Below, piece by piece: positions 13,101 to 22,118 of a stretch of DNA of 64,000 bases. Where the stretch lies: the NCBI GenBank assembly GCA_002269645.1, contig NIVC01000129.1:728755-792754 (forward strand), given 5' to 3'. Both the position numbers and the translations under genes were made by a program. The DNA is from Macrostomum lignano (Eukaryota). Positions within the stretch are counted from its first letter, which is position 1; each line of letters starts with the position of its first letter. The notes under the pieces are model-generated. The model searched no databases, was not told the DNA's origin, and saw only the letters and a program-made list of their open reading frames with translations.

Positions 13101-14303
13101 CCCCATTCCCCATCTCCCATCCCCATCTCCCATTACCCATCTCCCATTCCCCATTCCCCATCTCCCATTACCCATCTCCCATTCCCCATCTCCCATCCCC
13201 ATCTCCCATTACCCATCTCCTATTCCCCATTCCCCATCTCCCATTCCCCATCTCCCATTCCCCATCTCCCATCCCCATCTCCCATTCCCCATATCCCATT
13301 CCCCATTCCCCATCTCCCATCCCCATCTCCCATTACCCATCTCCCATTCCCCATTCCCCATCTCCCATCCCCATCTCCCATTACCCATCTCTCATTCCCC
13401 ATTCCCCATCTCCCATTCCCCATCTCCCATTTCCCATTCCCCATCTCCCATCTCCCATTCCCCATCTCCCATTTCCCATCTCCCATTCCCCATTCCCCAT
13501 CTCCCATTCCCCATCTCCCATTCCCCATCTCCCATCCCCATCTCCCATTCCCCATATCCCATTCCCCATTCCCCATCTCCCATTCCCCATCTCCCATTTC
13601 CCATTCCGCATCTCCCATCTCCCATTCCCCATCTCCCATTTCCCATCTCCCATTCCCCATTCCCATCTCCCATTCCCATCTCCCATCTCCCATCTCTCCC
13701 ATTCCCCATCTCCCATTCCCATCTCCCATTCCCCATTCCCATCCCCATCTCCCATTCCGCATCTCCCATCTCCCATTCCCCATCTCCCATTTCCCATCTC
13801 CCATTCCCCATTCCCCATCTCCCATTCCCCATTCCACATCTCCCATCTTCCATTCCCCATCTCCGGTATCCCTCATTATGCGAACCCCTCTATCAGCTCT
13901 CTCCTCACCGCACAACTGCGTCTCTATAGGCGTCCGCGGGTTCGCGCCAAACCGCGCCGGCCCCAGCTTCCCGCCCCCTCTGGCCGACTGGGGCTCCGGC
14001 GACAATCGCCGCTGGTTTGGCCGGCGCTACGTCGGCGGTCTTTTCCGGCTGGCCGTCGGTTTGGAGGCTTCGATAGCGACGCCGCTAGCGCCGAGCGTTC
14101 GTCTGCGCGCCTTTGTGGACGCCGGTTGCGTGGCGTCGATGGAAGACGCCGGTCTGGGGGTCGCCTGCGGCCTGGGGGCGGCCTGTCCGGTGGCTGGGGG
14201 TGCGGCCCGGCTGGAGTTAAACTGGTGCTGGGCTCCATGGCCGAGGCTGGATACTGACGCTGCTGTGCCGGGACTGTCAGCCTGTCTGCTGGCTGAGTAC
14301 TGA
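10121..14303 (+). CDS. Divergent SAMM50/Omp85 (BamA-type) beta-barrel protein; 4 exons visible, start codon missing
   Basis: Exons about 10121-10446, 11231-11578, 12148-12289, 13930-14303, joined by GT-AG introns with consistent phases (0,0,1). Spliced peptide has LRHNSEWDARDCPAAPACGWLIRCSNELA, EDRFPFGGAAAGVRGFAPNRAGP, RAFVDAG and ARLELNWCWAP, which parallel SAMM50 LSHAMVIDSRN..PRRGALLKVNQELA, DRFYLGGPTS(I/V)RGF..IGP, FFLNAG and ARLELNYCVP (recalled from memory). No in-frame ATG until the last exon. Confidence 0.75.
10455..11225. repeat. 23-bp minisatellite (CCCATCCTTGTCTTCCCACATTC) filling SAMM50-like intron 1
   Basis: About 33 copies between the GT at 10447 and the AG at 11229-11230. Confidence 0.95.
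11600..12090. repeat. Two adjacent minisatellites in SAMM50-like intron 2: 23-bp CAGTGACTCTTCAATATCCCATT and 21-bp CCCAATCAGTAACTCACAGAT
   Basis: About 8 and about 14 copies, switching near 11775. Confidence 0.93.
12465..13862. repeat. CCCATTC/CCCATCT low-complexity satellite in SAMM50-like intron 3
   Basis: About 1.4 kb built of 6-7-bp C-rich subunits. Confidence 0.95.
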
Positions 14304-14344
14304 TGAGTGATGATGCAATCATTGAATTTGCAACTATGTTCTAC

Positions 14345-14955
14345 TCCCATTCCTTATCTCCCATTCCCCATCTCCTATTCCCTATCTCCCGTTCCCCATC
14401 TCCCATTCCCCATCTCCCATTCCCCATCTCCTATTCCCCATCTCCCATTCCCCATCTCCCATTCCCCATCTCCCATTCCCCATCTCCCATTCCCCATCTC
14501 CTATTCCCCATCTCCCATTCCCCATCTCCCATTCCCCATCTCCCATTCCCCATCTCCCATTCCCCATCTCCTATTCCCCATCTCCCATTCCGCATCTCCC
14601 ATTCCCCATCTCCCATTCCGCATCTCCCATTCCACATCTCCCATTCCGCATCTCCCATTCCACATCTCCCATTCCCCATCTTCCATTCCCTATCTCCCAT
14701 TCCCCATCTCACATTCCCCATCTCACATTCCCTATCTCCTATTCCCCATCTCACATTCCCCATCTCCCATTCCCCATCTCCTATTCCCCATCTTCCATTC
14801 CCCATCTCCTATTCCCCATCTCCCGTCTTCCATTTCCCATCTCCCATTCCACATCTCCCATTCCCCATCTCCTATTCCCCATCTTCCATTCCCCATCTCC
14901 TATTCCCCATCTCCCGTCTTCCATTTCCCATCTCCCATTCCACATCTCCCATTCT
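14345..14955. repeat. Same CCCATTC/CCCATCT satellite downstream of the SAMM50-like stop
   Basis: 14-bp CCCCATCTCCCATT periodicity. Confidence 0.95.
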
Positions 14956-15235
14956 AGATGACTGCTCGATAGATTATCCAAATTTTAAAAACGATTTCAA
15001 GTAGTTGTTGCATTTTTTTATTCTTTTTACCGGTAATGCATTTAACAGATTTGTTTTTACTAGACATCTTTTTTGTATTTAATTAACAATCTTTTGTTGA
15101 AATATAAAAAATTTATTACGTCAAAATTGATTTTCTTTATTAGCAATATCTTATCGGTCACTTTTGCCTTGATGTGCCTGCAGAATTGGAGAACTACAAA
15201 AGAAGTAGTAAATCACGTAAGCAGAAATTCACAGG

Positions 15236-15495
15236 GAATGAGGAGTCACAGTGAATGAGGAGTCACAGTGAATTAGGAGTCACAGTGAATGAGGAGTCAC
15301 AGTGAATTAAAAGTCACAGTGAATGAAAAGTCACAGTTAATTAGGAGTCACAGTGAATGAGGAGTCACAGTGAATGAGGAATCACAGTGAATGATGAGTC
15401 ACAGTGAATGAGGAGTCACAGTGAATGAGGAGTCACAGTGAATAGGAAGTCTGTGAATAGGAGGTCACAGTGAATAGGAAGTCACAGTGAATAGA
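15236..15495. repeat. 17-bp minisatellite (GAGGAGTCACAGTGAAT) upstream of DNAAF3
   Basis: About 15 copies. Confidence 0.92.
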
Positions 15496-15584
15496 TAGTC
15501 AAGTTAGTTACAGCAACTCACAAGTAGTATGCAGTCTGATACAATACAATGGATTGGAAACCCGAACTCCAGAGCTCCAGAGAC

Positions 15585-18500
15585 ATGTCGCAGGACAGCC
15601 CAGCGCTCGATCGGCACTCAATCGAGACTGGACTTGGCAGCATCACCTGGTGGGGCTTCAGTCCGGCACTGGATCTGCAACAGGTTTGGCTCGATGCCAA
15701 CCGCTCTGAGCCAGCACAGACCATGCTGATTGTAGGCTCGGGCGATCAGAGACACCTGCTAACCACCCTTGCCAGGCTCAGGCGGCACTGTACATCCTCG
15801 ACACCATTGAAGATCTTCGTGTTGGAGACTGACTGCAGCCTGTACTGCCGGGCGATGCTGCAGCTGCTTCTGTGTCTGGACACTCGGGCCAGCGTGCAGG
15901 AGCGGGCCGAACTGTTTCTGGAGCTCTACGGCAACACGCTTGTGCGAGAGCAGACCGTGGATCACGTGACCAGACTGTGCCCGATGCTAATCCGATTGGT
16001 CACCGACCCGGAGTTCTGCCAGCAGACTGCGCCAATGCTGCAGCTGGGCGATTTGAAATTTCGCGAGCGCGACATTATGGAAGCTGTGTTCAAGTTCTGG
16101 AAGCAGGGCCTGGCCGATAGGAAAGGCTTCGATGCACAGCTGTGCTGGGATCTGCGGCTCAGGCAGCACCTGGGAGTCAGGTCAGTCTTTTATCATAACT
16201 TCGAATTTCCCATCCTTCTAGTCGCCTCTGCTGGCTAGATTCTTTTTTTAACGGCGTAAATTTGCCCATTCTCCCCAAATTCTCCCCAAATCTTCCTCAT
16301 TGTCCCCAATCTTATCGATTCTCCCCATTATCCCCAATCCTCCCAATCCTCTTTAATATTCTTATCATCTAAATTATCTCCATTTTCCCTCATTTTCCCC
16401 ATCGTGCCTAATCTTCCCCATCATCGCCAATCTTCCCCATCCCTAATCTTCCCCATCGTCGCCAATCTTCCCCATCCCTAATCTTCCCCATCGTCCCCAA
16501 TCTTCCCCATCGTCCCCAATCTTCTCCATCCTTCTCCATCCCTAATCTTCCCCATCGTCCCCAATCTTCCCCATCGTCCCCAATCTTCTCCATCCTTCTC
16601 CATCCCTAATCTTCCCCATCATCGCCAATCTTCCCCATCCCTAATCTTCCCCATCGTCCCCAATCTTCCCCATCGTCGCCAATCTTCTCCATCCTTCTCC
16701 ATCCCTAATCTTCCCCATCGTCCCCAATCTTCCCCATCCCTAATCTTCCCCATCGTCCCCAATCTTCCCCATCGTCGCCAATCTTCTCCATCCTTCTCCA
16801 TCCCTAATCTTCCCCATCGTCCCCAATCTTCCCCATACCCAATCTTCCCCATACCCAATCTTCCCCATACCCAATCTTCCCCATCCCTAATCTTCCCCAT
16901 CGTCCCTAATCTTCCCCATCGTCCCAATCTTCCCCATCCCTAATCTTCTCCATCCCCAATCTTCCCCATCGTCCCCAATCTTCCCCATACTTAATCTTTT
17001 CCATCCCTAATCTTCCCCATCGTCCCCAATCTTCCCCATCCCCAATCTTCCCCTTCGTCCCTAATCTTCCCCATCGTTCCCAATCTTCCCCATACCCAAT
17101 CTTCCCCATCGTCCCCAATCTTCCCAATATTCCAGTCTTGCCAATCTTCTCAATTGTCCCCAACTCTCCGCCCCATCCCCCAGGTACGATGCCATACCCA
17201 ACGTATTCGACTGGGACCACCAGATGCGGCTGGTCGAGCGGCCCAACGGCGCCCAGGTGAGCCGGCCCGAGTACCTGCACTGGCGCACCAAAGGCGTGGC
17301 ATTCCGGCTTCGAGAGGCCGCCTACGACGCCTCCAATCGAACCCTGTGTAGCGGAATTGTGCTCAGCGTGGCTGGCGAGCGGCATGCCAGGCGTGGTTAC
17401 TGGGGCGACATCGTGTGCAGCCCCTATCTGGGCTGGGGCCTGGTGTCCGAGTGGCCAGACTATGACAGGAGCGCCAACGGGCAGCGCGTGAACTCTGTTG
17501 GCGCCGTGTGCGAGTACAATGTGTGCAGCGTGATGCACGAGCTGAGCACTGGGACCAGGTATGAGCAGCAGCAGGCTGAAGGTGCGACAGCCACTGTTAC
17601 AGAGATTATTGAGGAGGAAACTGAGGAAGCTGGTGAAGCTAAACAGGATGACAACAAAGTTGAGAAATTGCCCGAGTCCAGTGACAAAGGAGACGGTGAG
17701 ATTTCGACTTTTCGATGCTTTAAATTAACCTGTTAATCTTATATCTAACCTTGATAAACTGAATTGCCCTTAGCAACCATTCTAAGAGTCACCCCTAGCA
17801 ACCATTCTAAGAGTCACCCCTAGCAACCATTCTAAGAGTCACCCATAGCAAACATTCTAAGAGTCACCCCTAGCAACCATTCTAAGAGTCACCCATAGCA
17901 ACCATTCTAAGAGTCACCTCTAGCAACCATTCTAAGAGTCACCCCTAGCAACCATTCTAAGAGTCACCCCTAGCAACCATTCTAAGAGTCACCCCTAGCA
18001 ACCATTCTAAGAGTCACCCCTAGCAACCATTTTAAAAATCGGCCCTTAGCTACCACTGCAAAAATTAGGCCTTAGCAACTATTCTAAGAATCGGGCCTTA
18101 GCAACCACTCCGAGAATTAGGCCTTAGTAACCATTCCAAGAATCGTCCTTAGCAACCATTCCAAGAATCGTCCTTAGCAACCATTCTAAGAATCACCGTT
18201 AGCAAGCATTCTAAGAATCGACCCTTAGCAACCATTCCAAGAATCGCCCCTAGCAACCATTCCAAGAATAAACCTTAGCAACATTCTAAAAAACAGCCCT
18301 AGGAACTATTCTAAGAATCACCGTTAGCAAGCATTCTAAGAATGTACCCTTAGCAACCATTCCAAGAATCGACTCTTAGCAACCATTCCAAGAATAAACC
18401 TTAGCAACATTCTAAAAAACAGCCCTAGGAACTATTCTAAGAATCGTCCCAACAAGCATTCCAAGAATCGCCCCCTTAAACGCCTGCACCCAGGCCTCCT

Positions 18501-19396
18501 CTCCATGGACAATGTGTGGATCACATTTCTGCCGCTTGGCTGCCTGCCAACTCTGGCCAATAAAGCAAAATTTCGCGGCCAAATTCAACTGGCCAGCTTC
18601 TCAAACAGCACGGCGCATCTGCTGGCAGATGAAGGAGTCGCTCAGCTGTTTTCTGAATCGGCCGTTCTGGTTGTGGAATCTGCGCTGTGAGCCACTGATT
18701 TTGTAGCGTATGTCTGTGCAGCGCCAGGCACAGGGAGTGCACATACCTAACGATTAGACAGTCAGGGCCGCTGTACACCCCGTGTGAGAGCGTGTGTGAG
18801 TGCAGCATTGAGGCGCCTGCATGTGCTCAGGATTCAGCGCATTTGGCAGAATTGCCTTGGCGCTGCTTGTGTTAAAAATGCTTCAATTCATAGTAATTAG
18901 GTGAGGGTTTGTAGCCCAGTGGTCAGGGCGTCGGACTCACGACTTGAAGGTCGGGAGTTCGATTTTAGACTCAATCGGAACAATCTGTGTCCTTGAGCAA
19001 GACACTTAACTCTGCATTGCTTCAGTTCACCCAGCTGTAAAATGGGTGCCAGCATTAGCTGGGGTAATTCAATTCATAGTAATTAGAATTCCCAGCCCCA
19101 GTCCTTGGACTGAACAGCCGTACGCAGCCTTCAGATGCGCCGCGCAATAGCTGCGACTGAGCTGTCGGTTGCACACCTGGCCCAATTGGGGCAGGTGTAA
19201 TCAAGTATTATTATTATTATAGTAATTATATGAATTAAAAATTATAAATTTCACTCGCAGCTACATGCTGGAGCTGCGGCAGGACCAGGTGGCCCAGTTC
19301 GCCGACCGGGTTGCCACTTTTGCTGCCAACATCGGCGCCAAACCGTTGCGCCAGCTCGACCCGGAGAAAGACGCGCATCTGGTGTTCGCCAAGTAG
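15585..19396 (+). CDS. DNAAF3: Dynein axonemal assembly factor 3 (PF22), 4 exons
   Basis: Exons 15585 (or ATG 15549)-16180, 17184-17695, 18494-18686, 19261-19396; GT-AG with phases 2,1,2. Motifs GLGSITWWGFSPALDL, GSGDQRHLL, LKFRERD, WDLRLRQHLGVRYDA, WRTKGVAFRLR, RGYWGDIV match DNAAF3. Confidence 0.93.
16260..17160. repeat. C-rich minisatellite (CCCAATCTTCCCCATCGT variants) in DNAAF3 intron 1
   Basis: 15-18-bp subunits over about 0.9 kb. Confidence 0.92.
17767..18480. repeat. 25-bp minisatellite (CCCTAGCAACCATTCTAAGAGTCAC) in DNAAF3 intron 2
   Basis: About 10 near-perfect copies, then a degenerate continuation; roughly 28 units in total. Confidence 0.93.
18700..18880 (+). mobile_element. SINE family A body fragment in DNAAF3 intron 3
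   Basis: ACGATTAGACAGTCAGGGCCGCTGTACACCCCGTGTGAG matches the reverse complement of about 61970-62025 and, less well, 6050-6090. Confidence 0.6.
18901..19067 (+). mobile_element. tRNA-derived CORE-like SINE with 19-bp target-site duplication
   Basis: TAGCCCAGTGG (A box), GAGTTCGAT (B box), CORE-like TGTGTCCTTGAGCAAGACACTTAAC...CCCAGCTGTAAAATGGGT; flanked by the exact repeat TTCAATTCATAGTAATTAG at 18882-18900 and 19068-19086. Confidence 0.82.
19091..19222 (+). repeat. Dispersed repeat family B (retroelement 3-prime-end-like), copy 1
   Basis: CCAGTCCTTGGACTGAACAGCCGTACGCAGCCTTCAGATGC is identical at about 56485-56525; followed by a hairpin (CACCTG..CAGGTG) and a (TAT)n tail. Confidence 0.6.
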
Positions 19397-19594
19397 CCAG
19401 ACTGGCTGAGACTTTTGTAGCTGAATTTTACCTATTTGTCCGTCCAATGTTTTTATTATTCATTCCTATCGTAATATTATGCCATTCCTTTTGTGTAGGT
19501 TATATTGGTCTTTTGTGCTTAAAACTTAATAATTAAGACCTTGTGCGAGGTTACATAATCTGTTATCTTAATTGATCTAATGATTATCGAATTA

Positions 19595-20205
19595 TCATGA
19601 TTATCGCATTCCTGAGATATTCTCAAACTCATGATTATCGCATTCCTGAGATCATCTCAAACTCAAAACATGATTATCGCATTCCTGAAGTCATCTCAAA
19701 CTCAAAACATGATTATCGCATTCCTGAGATCATCTCAAACTCAAAACATGATTATCGCATTCCTGAAATCATCTCAAACTCAAAACATGATTATCTCATT
19801 CCTGAAATCATCTCAAACTCAAAACATGATTATCGCATTCCTGAGATCATCTCAAACTCAAAACATGATTATCGCATTCCTGAGATCATCTCAAACTCAA
19901 AACATGATTATCGCATTCCTGAGATCATCTCAAACTCAAAACATGATTATCGCATTCCTGAAATCATCTCAAACTCAAAACGTGATTATCACATTCCTGA
20001 AATCATCTCAAACTCAAAACATGATTATCGCATTCCTGAAATCATCTCAAACTCAAAACATGATTATCACATTCCTGAAATCATCTCAAACTCAAAACAT
20101 GATTATCGCATTCCTGAAATCATCTCAAACTCAAAACATGATTATCACATTCCTGAAATCATCTCAAACTCAAAACATGATTATCACATTCCTGAGATCA
20201 GCTCA
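19595..20205. repeat. 39-bp minisatellite (CATGATTATCGCATTCCTGAGATCATCTCAAACTCAAAA)
   Basis: About 15 copies ending about 45 bp before the PH-gene ATG. Confidence 0.95.
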
Positions 20206-20248
20206 AACGCTGCCAAATTAAATCAAGCCATACTACTTCCAGTGGCAA

Positions 20249-20671
20249 ATGTCGGAAGAAGTACCTGCAGGCGGCGGCAACGCTTTGGAAGCCCCGGCCG
20301 CCCCGCCAGCAGCCGAAGGCTACCTGCAGAAGCGATCCAGAATCCTTCATCGCTGGGAGCGAGTCTACTGCCGTCTGCTTGATGGCGGCCGCTTGGCCTA
20401 CGCCTCCGAGCCGCCAAACGGCGAGTCCACAGCCTCCGACTGGGCAGTGAAGCGGGCCAAATGCCTGCAGCTCAGCGCCTGCACCATCCGGCCGCTGGCT
20501 GGCCGAGAGCGCGCCTTCGAAATTCTTACCGGTGATGGCCGACAGACTGTGGCGCTTAGCGCCGAATCCGACGAAGATTTAGACATGTGGATGAGCGCCT
20601 TTCTGGTGGCGCGGGCTGAACGGCGCGGAGGGTCTGGGGCCAATTCTAACACGGGCTGTTCTGTGCAATAG
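20249..20671 (+). CDS. Small single PH-domain protein with C-terminal CaaX motif (CSVQ)
   Basis: 140-aa ORF with PH hallmarks EGYLQKRSRILHRWERVYCRL, AFEIL, LSAESDEDLDMWMSAF; ends GCSVQ-stop; GC-rich exon-like composition. Confidence 0.8.
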   Translation: MSEEVPAGGGNALEAPAAPPAAEGYLQKRSRILHRWERVYCRLLDGGRLAYASEPPNGESTASDWAVKRAKCLQLSACTIRPLAGRERAFEILTGDGRQTVALSAESDEDLDMWMSAFLVARAERRGGSGANSNTGCSVQ

Positions 20672-20739
20672 TTTTCTTTTTGCTACCATTGATTGCTGCT
20701 TTTAGCTGGCTTTAGTAACATTTTTCTTGTCGAGATCAA

Positions 20740-21160
20740 TCAGCGACTAGCTGGATTCTCCCTGCTGACTAATCAGCGACTAGCTGGATTCTCCCTGCTG
20801 ACCAATCAGCGACTAGTTGGATTTTCCCTGCTGACCAATAAGCGAATAGCTGGATTCTCCCTGCTGACCAATCAGCGACTAGCTGGATTTTCCCTGCTGA
20901 CCAATCAGCGAATAGCTGGATTCTCCCTGCTGACCAATGAGCGACTAGCTGGATTCTCCCTGCTGACCAATCAGCGACTATTGGTCAGCATTGGTCAGCT
21001 CACTGCTGACCAATCAGCGAATAGCTGGATTCTCCCTGCTGACCAATCAGCGACTAGCTGGATTCTTCCTGCTGACCAATCAGCGACTAGTTGGATTTTC
21101 CCTGCTGACCAATCAGCGAATAGCTGGATTCTCCCTGCTGACCAATCAGCGAATAGTTGA
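20740..21160. repeat. 33-bp CCAAT-containing minisatellite (GCTGACCAATCAGCGACTAGCTGGATTCTCCCT)
   Basis: About 12 copies with an internal inverted segment at 20980-21000. Confidence 0.93.
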
Positions 21161-22118
21161 AGTTTCTCTAAATTTTACATATATTTGTTTTCGTCCATGT
21201 TTTACTGTAAATCTCTTTTTAGAGTTCTGTTGATAATTTGCTAGGTAACATTCCAGTGTCGCAGTTTTATTAATAATTAATGTACTCCGTGCCACAATAA
21301 TGAATTTTTTCTTGTGCTTGCTTTTGCCACCATACGCTTGTCGTGTTGCGACCTCTACGAGTCGTAAAAATGTTTTTTCTTTTGCTGAAAATTACGAATA
21401 ATAGTGTAATTCTGTCCGTCCCTATCTAATGCACATTTCTTGTTATCCTACTCTTCTACTGTCTAGGAATTTACGAGTAGTATCTGTTGTGTTTTGTTTT
21501 CTGTATTAAAATTTGTTGACTGGTAATTATATCAGACTTTTGAAAACTTTTTCAGATCAAATGTTCTCTTGAAAGCTAATATCCCCGAGCTTTGTTCATA
21601 CAATGGATGACTTTTTTCGTATAGAAATCATGCTGACTCCGCCCCTGCCATGACCAGACAGAACAATATAATGCAATATAATGCAATATTTCAATTCAGC
21701 TTGCAGTTCACGCCTCAGTAAAAAAACTCTTCAATGAGAACTGTAATCCGATATACTTAATATCACATAAAATCTGCGATTACATAATTAGGTAAATTAA
21801 TTATTATTAGTATATTCGCATCGCGAACTGGATCATTAAACTGAGCAAAGCGCATCTCTTAGACAGGAACTGATGAAAAATGAGAATGATATTTACACTG
21901 GAGAGACCAAGAAATGCAACACAACAATATTCCTAACTAAGAAGCTTCAAGAAGATTTGAGGCTAAAAGCAAAATAAAGGCTGCGTGTACTAACCCCGAC
22001 AAATCCTGCTTAACTTTTAGCGTTGAAGTCTGTAGCCATAGCCACTAAAATAAACGAATGCTTTAGCGGCAAAAATGCTCGCTAGCTACTATCAGTAGTT
22101 AAAAATATCTAAAATGAG

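Noticed and set aside
14301-14335. CTGATGAG followed by a short stem, hammerhead-like
   Set aside because: Lacks the required CGAAA and stems I and III.
10268-14981. Long repetitive ORFs (GKTRMG.., PSPISH.., MGNGRW..)
   Set aside because: Arise from stop-free intronic or flanking tandem repeats on both strands.
18905-18970. tRNA gene
   Set aside because: Has A and B boxes but continues into SINE CORE sequence with a TSD; no complete cloverleaf acceptor stem.
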